A stretch of DNA of 64,000 bases, from contig OX597814.1 of assembly GCA_951406725.2 (NCBI GenBank), positions 1,054,001 to 1,118,000 on the forward strand, read 5' to 3'. The notes below the pieces were generated by a model that was given only the letters and a program-made list of their open reading frames with translations, did not search any database and was not told where the DNA came from. Of the stretch, positions 1 to 11,619 are shown one piece after another (the first letter of the stretch is position 1; each line of letters opens with the position of its first letter). The position numbers and the translations under genes are program-made. This DNA comes from Octopus vulgaris. Lineage: Eukaryota.

Positions 1-63
1 ATGAAAAGCTCCTTTTGAGTGTTGTGCCTCAGGGAAGCAATGAGCGAGATCTTTGGCATTATG

Positions 64-340
64 TCATGCTTGAGAAGAAGACGCAGTAAGTCAAGTGAAA
101 TTGCAGCCATGATAGATACTGGCGTCATGCAAATGGCACAGGTGCCAGTGGCACATAAAAGCACCCACTACACTCTTGGAGTGGTTGGCATTAGGAAGGG
201 CATCCAGCTGTAGAAGCTTTGCCAGATCAGATTGGAGTCTGGTCCAGCCTTCCAACTCACCAGTCCTGGTCAAATTTTCCAACCCATGCCAGCATGGACA
301 ACAGACGTCAAATGATGATGAAGATGATGATGATGATGTG
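64..340 (+). mobile_element. RTE LINE 3' UTR fragment with (GAT)n tail
   Basis: Contains GGTTGGCATTAGGAAGGGCATCCAGCTGTAGAA core and CCCATGCCAGCATGG terminal hairpin, then (GAT)n. The same family is physically joined to an RTE ORF C-terminus at 55163-55357. Confidence 0.8.
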
Positions 341-980
341 GTTGGTGGTAATGATGATCAATGATAGAAGTGTAACAGTTAAATGGTATTGATGAGGAAA
401 TTAGTGGTGATGCTGATGAGGATGGAGTGGTATTTATGATGGTGATGGTGATGGTGATGGTGATATAGGCAATACCATTAGTTGATGGTGATGATGGTAA
501 TGATGGTGGCACAAACAGTACTGTTGGTGCTGACGGGGATGGTGATGATGATAAATACAGTGGTAGATTGGCTTTGAGAACGATGATGATGATGATGATG
601 ATGATAATGATGATAACGGTTGTGATGATGACAGCGATTGCAGCAGTGATGATGACAATGATAAAAGTAGCATTGAATTGGTCCCAAGAGAGCAATGCAT
701 TCAACGCAGAACCATTTTCTAAATGGAATGTAAATTTTTATTCTTCCAAACCTGCCTCCAAGACTCCATCCTGATGGCCAAGTTCTTTCACCCCAGAAGT
801 TTTGAATCTCAAGAGAATTTTGGACGTGAGCCATTCTACCATTTCCAACTTGTAATTTTGAACTTCTGCTGCGGGTAACAACAGCAACAATAACACAGTC
901 ATAGTGGCTGTGGTGATGGTGGTGATGATGATGATGATGATGATGATAGCAAATTCATGATGATGATGATGATAACTGCT
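310..980. repeat. Degenerate (GAT)n/(GGT)n microsatellite tracts
   Basis: Visible trinucleotide runs, interrupted by a unique stretch at ~680-880. Confidence 0.85.
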
Positions 981-1221
981 TCAGTAAATTAATGGCGACA
1001 ATAGCGATGGTAATACACTTCTATATTTAAGAGATGAGGAATTATGTACATTATTTACATTATTTACATTTGACGGATATTTGTCCTCGTCTTGTTTGTT
1101 GTCAACACAACATTTTGGCTGATATACCCTCCCACCTTCATCAGGTGTCCTGGGGAAATTTCGAACCTGGGTTCTCATTCCTAAGGTATTTTTCAATGTT
1201 GTTATTATTATTATCATTATT

Positions 1222-1702
1222 GTTGCCTTTGCACAGCTTCTATCGCTGGAGATATACTACGGTGTCAGCTGTTCCAGAGTATTCGAGCAGTTCCAAGCAG
1301 TGCTGTTTTCTGCAAGTGCTCCACCCTTATTGCAGCCCCTATTTGTCCCAAGTACTTCATGAGATTTTTGCTCACTGTTCCCAGGTCTCCGACAATTATT
1401 GGTACTACTGCTACCTTTTTCATTGACCACAACCGCTTAACTTCCCAAGCTAACCTGTCATATCTATCGACTTTTCTTTCTTCCTTATCGCATACCTTGT
1501 TGTCAGCTGGGCATGCTATATCTATGATCCAGCATAGTTTGTTTTCTTTCTCAATTAAGACTATGTCTGGCTTCCTAGTCTCTATCTCATAGTCGCACTG
1601 AATCATAAAATCCCCTAGGATCTTTGCATTTCTATTTTCGACGATGCCTTCAGGTTTGTGGTTGTACCAATTTTTACCTTTGTCAAGTCCATACTTGTTG
1701 CA
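1222..1702 (-). mobile_element. R4/Dong-clade non-LTR retrotransposon, 5'-truncated (restriction-like endonuclease domain)
   Basis: Translates CNKYGLDKGKNWYNHKPEGIVEN..ILGDFMIQCD..RKPDIVLI..IIDIACP..K..RY..L..VPIIVGDLG..LQKTALLGTARIL (PD..D RLE motif). Flanked on both sides by (TAA)n-type repeats. Confidence 0.9.
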
Positions 1703-1828
1703 ATATTATTATTATTATTCAGGTCACTGCTTGGAATCAAACTCGGAATCTTGGGGTTAGTAGCCTACGCTCTTAACCACTATGCTATATGCCCATGGAA
1801 TGAGAACCCAGGTTTGAAATTTCCCCAA

Positions 1829-1874
1829 GACACCTGATGAAGGCTGGAGGGTATATCAGCCGAAATGTTGTGTT
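1829..1874 (+). ncRNA. Minimal type I hammerhead ribozyme motif (F1)
   Basis: GACAC-CTGATGA-A-GGCTG(GAGGGTATAT)CAGCC-GAAA-TG-TT-GTGTT. Stem I GACAC/GTGTT, stem II 5 bp. The sister copy at 14171-14214 has GAAA-CG-TT (palindrome AACGTT). Confidence 0.8.
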
Positions 1875-2539
1875 AACAACAAACAAGATGAGGACAAATA
1901 TCCGTAAAATGTAAATAACGTAAATTGCAATGGTGTCGGATTCTAATCTCTCCCCCTACCTTTATCCTTTGCCACTTTCCCTCCCTCTCTTTCTCTCTGC
2001 CTCCTTGTTCCCCCCTCTCTCTCTTACCTCCACCCCACACCACCATCCCCCCTGCCACTTCTGAAGTAATAGGTTAGTTCTCTCCTGTTGAAGACACTGA
2101 ATTCTTGTGACAGAAACCTGGCAGAGTCCCACTGAAGTAAGCAACTCACAGACAGACAACTCTTATTGTTTGAGAGTGTGGTTCCCCTCTCCCACCCCCA
2201 CACAGTGTGTGTGTGTGGGGGGGGGTGCAGATGTGGAATTGATAATAATTGCCCCCTTCCTCCCCCCCACCGCCATCCAACCAGTTTATTCTTTAACTAT
2301 TGGATGGCTTCTCTCAAGCGAACAATTGATCTGTAAACCACTGAAATAGTTCTTTTTTCTTTTTCCCCTGCTTCCTATCAGATGTTTGCTGTGTCTTTGT
2401 TCATTGGAATCTTCTTCATGCTGCTGTTGTGGTTGTTGTTGTTGTTGTTGTTGTTCTGCCATTTGATTAACTGAAATTGGTTATTCCTGAAGCAGGCAAT
2501 CAGACAATAAAGAGCGGGAGGGGTGGGCATGGAAGACCA

Positions 2540-2970
2540 ATAAAGCATCATAATCATCATCATCTATATCACCACTATCATTATCATCATAGTCATTACT
2601 GTCTTCATTGTCATCACCGTCATCATTGTCATCACCATCATCACTGTCATCATAGTCATCACCGTCATCATTCTCATCACCGTCATCACTGTCATCATAG
2701 TCATCACTGTCATCATTCTCATCACCGTCATCATTCTTATCATCGTCATCACTGTTATCATAATCATCACTGTCATTGTCATCACCGTCATTGTCATTAC
2801 CGACATTGTCATCACTGTCATCATTCTCATCACCGTCATCATTCTTATCATCGTCATCACTCATCATAGTCATCACTGTCATTGTCATCACCAACATTGT
2901 CATCACCGTCATCTCCATCATCATTGCCATCGCCAACACCATCCTCATCATCACTATTATCATTGTTATC
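2540..2970. repeat. Cryptic (CAT)n-derived repeat with 9/18-bp sub-periodicity
   Basis: Recurring 9-mers CATCACCGT, CATCACTGT, CATCATTCT, CATCATAGT. Confidence 0.85.
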
Positions 2971-3014
2971 ATGATTAATCCAAGCAATTTGTTTATTTCT
3001 ATACAAAAGCTCTT

Positions 3015-3054
<40 letters not shown>

Positions 3055-3491
3055 ATGCACGCGTGCTTGTAGAGTTGACACATTCCATCCAGTCCATCTT
3101 TTGTGTGTTGGCATCTTTTATTTATTTATAGAACTAGCTTCTTGTTTCCTCTTTGAGTAGTTTTGCGGAGGTGGTACTTGTCTGTTTACTTAACATTTAA
3201 AACCGTCGTTCTGCCTACTCAGTCCAGGTGAATTTCATGCTTTGTCAACAAGCACAAATTCCATTATCCTCGCATGCTTGTTCAATTTGGAAGTGGTTGT
3301 AGAATTTTACTGTAAATTCTTTTTCTGCCTTCTCATTCTTGTGACATAAATAGATGAATCCATATAAGATTGGAGGAATCTTGCTTTGGTTTTCGCAATG
3401 AATTTTCTAATCGTTCAATCAATAGAATTAACTGTATATTGAATTGTAATTGAATGTAAGCGGCTGAGTATTTTATGGACATTTACACTCT

Positions 3492-3680
3492 TTACCCTTT
3501 TACTACCAACCCACCTGAGATGGATTCTTGTTTCCATAAGTTTTGAATTAAAATCCTCCACCAAACTTTAGTCACAATTTATGTTCCTAACATTAGCTTA
3601 AGTTATTTTACTAAATTCTTTGTTATATTTATAATTAATTGAAATAAACAACATCTCAATTGAAATATGGTGACAAAAAT
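3492..3680 (-). mobile_element. piggyBac-type MITE, degenerate copy
   Basis: Reverse complement of the TTAA-flanked unit at 58057-58286. Related copies at ~33116-33250 and ~43370-43570. Confidence 0.6.
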
Positions 3681-4037
3681 CCACTCACAAGGCCTTGGTC
3701 AGCCCAAGGCTACATAGCAGAAAATACTTGCCCAAGGTGCCATGCAGTGGGATTGAACCTGCAACCATGGCATTGAAAGTAAACTTCTTACCACACAGCT
3801 ATCGACTTTAATTTAAAATTCAAACTGCTATTCCTGCCAAGATTCATCTAGAAATGATTCCCTCCCTTGCAATAACTAGCCACTAGGTGACACCACATGT
3901 TTAATGAATCCTTGTTCTCTACACCATTAGAAATCCCTTTGGTTCCTTCAAATAAAATCATTCAAACTAGCATCGAACCACCCTGCCATTTCTTGTCACT
4001 TCATTATTCTCAAAGATATTTCTGTATTCTCTTGCAG

Positions 4038-4092
4038 AAAAAGTCCAGGATTTTGGACGTTTTCTTATGGCTTGTGCTGAAAGAAGCTCGAG
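4038..4092 (+). CDS. Candidate internal exon of an unidentified host gene (xKVQDFGRFLMACAERSS)
   Basis: Pyrimidine tract TTTCTGTATTCTCTTGCAG acceptor, open frame, AG|GTAAAG donor (alternative GG|GTAAGG near 4117). Ends in phase 2, compatible with the exon at 43594. Confidence 0.35.
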
Positions 4093-4354
4093 GTAAAGAG
4101 GACTACTCAGAACCAGGGTAAGGAAGATTTTGTATTCCGTTTCTTCTCTTTCAGCTGTTCCTTCATTGCTTCCTGTTGTTGTGATGGGATTGATTTGTAT
4201 TGGATTCTAGCAGTATTCTAGTTGCAACCAGTCTGTCTTTATTGCTTGGAATTCTCTCCTCAGATTTAGGACTTTCTTTTGAAGAAACTTTCACACCAAC
4301 TCAACTCCAAGTTCTTCTTGTTTTAGAAACAATCCTTCTCTATATTCTTTTTTT

Positions 4355-4940
4355 TTTTTCTACACTAAGTACAAGGCTTGAAATTTTTTAAGAGTGGGGT
4401 ACAGTCGATTAGATTGACCCCAGAATGAAAAGCAAAGTTGACCTCAGTGGAATTTGAACCCAGAATGTAAAAACAGATGAAATACCGCTAAACATTTCAT
4501 CCAGCTTACTAATGACTCTTCCAGCTCACCGCCTTATAATTATTCTTTTCTACTCTAGGCACAAGGCCTGAAATTTTGGGGGAGGTGGGCCAGTCGATTA
4601 GATTGACCCCAGTATACAACTGGTACTTAATTTATTGACCCCGAAAGGATGAAAGGCTAAGTTACCCTTGACGGAATTTGAACTCGGAACGTAAAAACAT
4701 GAAATACTTATTTCTTTACTACCCATAAGGGGCTAAACACAGAGGGGACAAACAAGGACAGACAAACGGATTAAGTCGATAACATCGGCCCCAGTGCGTA
4801 ACTGGTACTTAATTTATCAAGCCCGAAAGGACGAAAGGCGAAGTCAACCTTGGTGGAATTTGAACTCAGAAAATAACAGCAGATGAAATACCGCTAAGCA
4901 TCTCGCCCAGCGTGCTAACGTTTCTGCCACCTCGCCGCCT
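4355..4940 (-). mobile_element. tRNA-derived SINE (GCCTTTCATCCTTTCGGGGTCGAT central domain), tandem/nested copies
   Basis: Reverse complement of the family at 38121-38353, with about three repeated units. Confidence 0.8.
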
Positions 4941-5935
4941 TTATCCTCCTCTGTATTAGCAGAAAGACTGTCATCAGTGCAGCATTCTGCTTGTCACTCA
5001 GTAATATTTACACATTTAATTCCCAATCCATGAATTTTCCTGATACTGGAATCAACATCATTTGGCTGACACTGGATTGAATTTATAATTTGGAGGAAAG
5101 TTTTTACTGATATATCTGTAGAAAGGAGCAGTGCAAATATTTAGGTAACCTTCCAGAAGAAGAATAAGCAGAGATGTTAGAAAATGCAAGAGGGTCTGCA
5201 TGCCCTGCAGATCTTGAAGAGAGGGAATGTTATTGTCAAGGTCCTTTCATTGCTATTCACAACCTCATCAAGCAACCAACCAACCAACTGGTTGTTTAAC
5301 CAAAACATTAAACAGATGATTGATTAGTTAATTGGTTAGATATTTATCTGATTGACTGACAATAAAGAAGTGATATTGAACCAGTGTGTGTGTTTGTTAT
5401 TATTGGTATAATGACCTTCCCAAGATTAAAAAAAAAAAAGTACTGAAAGTCTGATAATAAAAGATGTGTTGGTTAGATAATATAAAACCTGCGGTTTCTA
5501 AATGAGAAGATATGAGAATTCAAGAGGTGTTAATGACATTAATGAATTGAGTCTTATTGGAAGCTGGTCATAATTTTGGTTTATCAAGAAGATAACAACT
5601 CCTGCTGTTGATACCAGCCATGAACACACCTGTACAAGGTGATGAGTAAATCTCTGTTGAACTGAAGGCAGCAGACTTAGTCTGATAAATCCTACCATTT
5701 CAATGTGATTCAGATGGCATTGAAAGTATTAATCTTTATGATTGAAAGCTTAGAAACTGTAATAAACATCTCTCATAAACAAGTTAATAAGTCAGTCAGT
5801 TATGTATTACTGCCTCTGCTCTCGTGTCTAGGACAGAACTAGTACGATCAATTAGTCTGTTGTTTTTAATATTTAATTTTACAAATACAAAGATATTTAT
5901 CTCATATGTATGCACATATATATATATACATACAT

Positions 5936-6185
5936 ATATTCTGGTGTGTCTGGGGAGAGTCATTCTCTTTTAGTGCCTTATTATTTAACACACTCGCCAG
6001 TAAAATTTCCACTTATTTCTTATTTTTATTTTCTAAAACACACACACACACACATATATATATATTCTGTTGTGTCTGGGGAGAGTCACTAAAAGAGAAT
6101 GACTCTCCCCAGACACAACAAAATATGCTTCAACACACGAACTCACATAAAGAATCTTGCAAACCAAATCCAAAAACGAAACATA
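5936..6185. mobile_element. Fold-back element (family G) with tandem plus inverted copies of one end
   Basis: ATATTCTG(G/T)TGTGTCTGGGGAGAGTCA at 5936 and 6062, inverted at 6100-6126. Embedded in (TA)/(CA) repeats. Second copy at ~33715-33900. Confidence 0.7.
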
Positions 6186-6214
6186 TATATATATTAAATG
6201 ATATATAGCATATA

Positions 6215-6580
6215 ATCATCATTTAATGTCTGTTTTCCATGCTAGCATGGGTTGGACGGTTCGACTGGGGTATGGGAAGCCAGGAGGCTGCACCAGGCTC
6301 CAGTCTGATCTAGCAGTGTTTCTACGGCTGGATGCCCCTTCCTAACACCAACCACTCTGAGAGTGTAGTGGGTGCATGGGACTGAGGGGGCTGGCATCGA
6401 TCACGATCGGATGGATTTTTTTACATGCCACTGGCATGGAAGCCAGTCAAGGCGGTGCTAGCATCGGCCACGTTCGGATGGTGCTTTTTACGTCTCATTG
6501 GCACAGGGACCAGAGGGGGCTGACATCGACCACGATTGGATGGTGTCTTTTAGGTGCCAGTCAGAGCGAGAGGCTGGCAT
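6215..6580 (-). mobile_element. RTE LINE 3' UTR fragment
   Basis: CATCAT tail, TTTCCATGCTAGCATGGG hairpin, core motif and ~60-bp repeats. Confidence 0.8.
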
Positions 6581-6769
6581 CTAATGGACACAGTGATAGT
6601 TGTGTGGTAAAAAGTTTGGTTTCTTATCACATGACTCTGTTCAGTACTACTGTGTGGCACCTTGGTCAAGTATTTTCTGCTATAGCCTCGGACCAACCAA
6701 AGCCTTGTGAGTGGATTTGGTAGAGGGAAATCGAAAGAAGCTCCTTCTATCTGTGTGTGTTTGTGTATA

Positions 6770-7152
6770 TTGTGGAACTCCATTGGTTATGACGACGAGG
6801 GTTCCAGTTGATCCGATCAACGGAACAGCTTGCTCTTGAAATTAATGTGCAAGTGGCTGAGCACTCCACAGACACGTCTACCCTTGACGTAGTTCTTGGG
6901 GGAGATTCAGCATGACACAGAGTGTGACAAGGCTGGCCCTTTGAAATACAGGTACAACAGAAACAGGAAGAAAGAGTGAGAGAAAGTTGTGGTGAAAGAG
7001 TACAGCAGGGTTCACCACCACCCTGCTGGAGCATCGTGGAGCTTTTCGGTGTTTTCGCTCAATAAACACTCACAGCACCCGGTCTGGGAATCGAAACTGC
7101 GATCCTATAACCATGAATCTGCTGCCCTAACCACTGGGCCATTGTGCCTCCA
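6770..7152 (-). mobile_element. tRNA-derived SINE (full length)
   Basis: Minus strand begins GTGGAGGCACAATGGCCCAGTGGTTAGGGCAGC...GTTTCGATTCCC (A and B boxes). Confidence 0.75.
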
Positions 7153-7373
7153 CTTGTGTGTGTGTGTTTATGTGTATATATATTGTTTGAGTTTGTTATA
7201 ATTGAAACATTTCTTCATTAAACTGAAGAATTGCTAAATCTTTTGAATAGCCTACAAATGTATTATTCTTTAACCAGGGTAGTATTGATAGTCCGATGAT
7301 GGCTTAGTTGACTACAAGAAGACGTCCTGCTGTAGAAAATCCTCCTCAACAAATTCCATTCAACCCATGCAAG

Positions 7374-7673
7374 CAGGGCTGTCGAGTCAAAACAAAGATC
7401 TTTGACTCCGACACCTCTACCATTTACACCTCCGACTCTCTTCATGTAATAAAGTGTGATTGTGGTCTACATATCTCATAAAGTATATGCATACGCTTGT
7501 ACTTTGAGGAGACCTATGTGTTATGAGTAGTTTATATTAAAGAATAAAGATGTTGCGAGTTGGAGTCAGTTGGTATAGTTTTACTGACTCTGACTGACTC
7601 TAGCTACTCCTTAATTGTTTCCAATTCCATGACTCCGACTCCACGACTCCGACTCCACGACTCTGAAACCCTG
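7374..7673. mobile_element. hAT-type MITE with GACTCC subterminal repeats
   Basis: CAGGG...CCCTG termini and a perfect 8-bp target-site duplication CATGCAAG (7366-7373 and 7674-7681). Inserted in an RTE tail hairpin. Confidence 0.85.
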
Positions 7674-8172
7674 CATGCAAGCATGGAAAATTAGTTGTTA
7701 GAACAATGCGGTTGAAGATAGATCCCCTCTGTAGCAATACCCTTGTGTATGTTCCTTTATCGCAGTTTGGGCCTCTCAGCATCTGGCTCAAAACCACGTG
7801 CCTCTCTGCTGCAACCCCACTCACTTGACAGCTTTTTTTCTTCCTTTTTTGTCCTGCTAATTACTTGGCAACCCCACTAGTGCTGGTGTCCTGCAAAAAC
7901 AGGATTGCTATAAGGCAGGGTATCCAGCCACAGAGATTATGTCAAAGCAGATATCGGAGTTTCATACAGTCCTTGCTGGCTCCTGCCAAACCATTCAACC
8001 CATGCCAGCAAGGAAAGAGAACTTTAAATGATGATGATGATTAAATTATTGATTTGGTCTTAAGGCTTAAATACTTTTATTTTTTTTCCATATATTTTAG
8101 AGACTCTGTCAGTGGAGAGTTTCAAATTTGAATGGAATTGGAAAGTAGTGCCAGTAATTGGCAAATAAAAGA

Positions 8173-8180
8173 AATTATCA

Positions 8181-8248
<68 letters not shown>

Positions 8249-8380
8249 TTATTATTATTGTTATTGTTATTATTGTTATTATTATTATTGTTATTATTAT
8301 TATTATTTCTGTTATTATTATCTACTAATATCACCACCGTGATTGTTATTATTACTGTTCATTACTACTATTGGTTATTA
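8173..8380. repeat. (TAT)n/(TGT)n microsatellite
   Basis: Direct observation. Confidence 0.95.
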
Positions 8381-8689
8381 TAGTTGAAATGTTGTTAAAA
8401 ACTGTGGCAGATTTCATGGTGCTGATCAGGCAATCTAAAACCACTCACTGCTGCCAACTTTGCAATGATTGAAGTTAATGCCGATATTATTCTCTCTTGT
8501 AGTGTCGGCGTCTGACAGATTAAAAAAAAGGTAGAGTTTCTACCCAGCTCAATCTATAGAAAGAATAGAAAATGCGATAAACCCAATAATCCTGAGCCGT
8601 TTGGCTTTGTTCATCAGATGTTAACATCGTTGCACATTTCAAATGACCGCAACTAATGAATTTACAGACTTCCTTTTCCAGCTGCAGTT

Positions 8690-8724
8690 GTACATACATA
8701 TCCTGTATATATATATGTGTATAT

Positions 8725-8777
<53 letters not shown>

Positions 8778-8778
8778 A

Positions 8779-8813
<35 letters not shown>

Positions 8814-9094
8814 TATACATATATATACACACACACACATATATACACACATACACATATATATACATATATATATACACACACACACATATATATACAC
8901 ACACACATATATATACATATATATATATACACACACACATATATATACATATATATATATACACACATATGTACATATATATATACACACATATGTACAT
9001 ATATATATATACACACATATGTACATATATATATATACACACATATGTACATATATATATATATACACACATATATATATACATATATATATAT

Positions 9095-9125
<31 letters not shown>

Positions 9126-9237
9126 CACACACATATATATACATATATATATATACACACACATATATATACACACATATACATACATACATATATATAT
9201 ATATATACACACACATATATATACATATATATATATA

Positions 9238-9281
<44 letters not shown>

Positions 9282-9288
9282 CACACAT

Positions 9289-9321
<33 letters not shown>

Positions 9322-9365
9322 TATATTGTGTGTATGTGTGTGTGCTTGTGTGTGTGTGTATATAT
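8690..9365. repeat. Compound (TA)n/(CA)n microsatellite, ~670 bp of near-alternating purine-pyrimidine
   Basis: Direct observation; explains the long YI/HT/CV ORFs. Confidence 0.95.
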
Positions 9366-9874
9366 TTATTGTGTTTATTGTAGATGTGTGTAACAGGTTC
9401 AGCAAACCTGACACATTTACTTTACATGTTTAGTTGTTCTCACTGCAACTATGGTTTCTTGTTATAGCGAAGTCAAGTGGCCTGGTGGTTGTGGTGTTGC
9501 ATTCACAAAGGCAAGGTCATGGTTTCGATTCTCAGGCTGGGCGGTAATGTATGTCTTTGAGCAAAAGACCTGGACATCTGACACGTGGCACACCGTGCAT
9601 TTTACGGGCAATGTGGATTTGAGGGAGGGAGTGAGGTTTATGTGCGACACAAACATTCAACAACTAGAAACAAATCATTTGTGCAGGTTTTTTCAACGAG
9701 ATTTTGCAAAACCCTCGTGTAGTGTTTACAACCGGAGAATCCACCAGTTTTACTTAATACATACTAATCATCATCATCATCATCATCTTTAAAAATCTTT
9801 AAAACCTTTAAAAATGTTTCAGCTTCAAAGCTGCGGTCATGCTGGGGCACCACTGTTTATATATATATACCTAA

Positions 9875-10190
9875 AATAACCTGAGAAACGTTTTAGGGAT
9901 GCTGTTAAAAGCAAACCTTAAGGCTCTTAGTGTGCATGTTGAACACTGGGGGCAGATGATAGAAAATCAATTGGTTTGGGAAAAAGCAATCCACCTTGGT
10001 TGTAAAGCATTTAAAACACAGGGAATCAAACAATCCATCTTGAAACAAACACTTTGTAAAATGGGACTTGAGTTCAATCCTGGACACTTTCCTGCCAACA
10101 AAATGTTTGTAATATTTGCAGTTAGGGTCTGTTTGTTGAAAGCCAGACTTGCTAGTCACAGGAGACATCATGATGGCATTTACTAATTGT
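9875..10190 (+). mobile_element. RTE (BovB-like) LINE ORF C-terminal relic
   Basis: Frameshifted translation KRFRD..LKALSVHVEHW..W..AI..G..AF..RVCLLKARLASHRRHH, matching the RTE C-terminus with a C2H2-like end. Confidence 0.6.
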
Positions 10191-10367
10191 AGAGATGGAC
10201 TTCTGTAAAAGAAGTGACAGTTACCATGTGTGTGTATGTATGTAGTGCTTAGTGACCTTGTTGTTAAGGAGCTGAGCCCATTATAATAAGGTTGCAGGTT
10301 CAGTTCCTTTACACAGTGTCCCATTGTGTCCTTGAGTGAGTCACTTCATTTCATGTTACTCCAGTTT

Positions 10368-10665
10368 CATCATCATCATCAGCATCATCATCATCATCAT
10401 CGTTTAACGTCCGCTTTCCATGCTAGCATGGGTTGGACGGTTCAACTGGGGTCTGGGAAGCCAAGAGGCTGCACCAGGCCCAGTCTGATCTGGCAGTGTT
10501 TCTACAGCTGGATGCCCTTCCTAACGCCAACCACTCCGTGAGTGTAGTGGGTGCTTTTTATGTGCCAGGCGGGGCTGGCAACGGCCACGATTGGTTAGCG
10601 CTTTTTATGTGCCACCGGCACAGAGGCCAGTCGAGGCGGGGCTGGCATCGGCTACGTTCGGATGG
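10368..10665 (-). mobile_element. RTE LINE 3' UTR fragment
   Basis: (CAT)n tail, terminal hairpin, core motif. Confidence 0.8.
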
Positions 10666-11149
10666 AATCCTCTGTCTCTGTCAGCTGTCCCAACCATAAT
10701 ATTTCACTGAGTCAAAGGTGAGTAAGCCGAGAGCATGTGTGTGTTTGCTGGAAATCACATAACACATAAAACAATTAGCAAAAGTATGATACATGTTACT
10801 AGGTCCATACTTGCTTGCTGAGTTGTAGCTATTATTTTTATTTTTTATTTTTTTTTTTTTTGCATGATTCATACATGTTGTTTGTCAGAATTACTGACCT
10901 GGCCTGACCTCTTACTTTATTAGAGACTCGCAGCTGTATGACCTCTGTATCAAGTCCCCTCTTATTATCTTTTCTGCGGGTTAACATAACATCCTTTGAT
11001 AACGTGAGCAGAGTGGACATTCAGGTCTTTAGAACGTGTATGGCGGTTGTGTTGTTTACACAAGGAAGAATAACATTCTGTGTGTTCCCAGATCACTTCA
11101 AGCAGAAACTTGATATATTTACAGTCTTTATTTGGAACTGTCGAATCTT

Positions 11150-11479
11150 TACATTATTTACATTTGATGGATATTTTGTCCTCATCTTGTTTGTTGTTAA
11201 CACAAGGTTTTGGCTGATATACCCTCCAGCCATCATCAGGTGTCTTGAGGAAATTTCGAACCTGGGTTCCCATTCCTAAGGTATTTTTCGATGATGATGA
11301 TGATGATGACGACGTTGTTGTTGTTGTTATTGGTCAGGTCAGGTCACTGCCTGGAGTCAAACTCAGAATTTTTGGGTTAGTAGTCCGCGATCTTAATCAT
11401 TAAGCCATATGCCCATGGGGTAGTGGTTAAGAGCAAAGGCTACTACCCCCAAAATTCCGAGTTCAATCCCAGGCAGTGA

Positions 11480-11526
<47 letters not shown>

Positions 11527-11543
11527 TCGAAAAATACTTTAGG
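11150..11543. mobile_element. Family F1 copy: - strand copy (11418 to 11150) back-to-back with inverted + strand head and (AAT)n
   Basis: Two tRNA-like heads diverge from ~11419. Degenerate hammerhead at 11200-11243 (-). Confidence 0.75.
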
Positions 11544-11619
11544 TCTAGTTGTTAAGGTTGATGGTAGGCTGCCATTTAACAAATGAAAATGTGCTGCCAT
11601 ATTTAGATAATTAGATGCC

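Larger units (their letters stand above)
1019..1926 (-). mobile_element. tRNA-headed, hammerhead-tailed short element (family F1): full copy on - (1797 to 1019) plus inverted partial 3' copy on + (1797-1926)
   Basis: Minus strand reads A/B-box tRNA-like head, (AAT)n linker, then a ~190-nt tail with a hammerhead motif. The tail is repeated in the opposite orientation immediately outside the head. Confidence 0.8.

Noticed and set aside
8520-9433. 200-264 aa ORFs on both strands
   Set aside because: Translations of (TA)/(CA) microsatellite. The same applies to ORFs at 16657-17336, 20262-20828, 45679-45963 and 46856-47204.
10685-10717. 33-nt mini-exon ending AAG|GTGAGT
   Set aside because: Good donor, but the acceptor abuts an RTE fragment and nothing else supports it.
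11419-11480. Functional tRNA genes in SINE heads
   Set aside because: A/B boxes are present, but cloverleaf stems are incomplete and each head continues into a repeated body.
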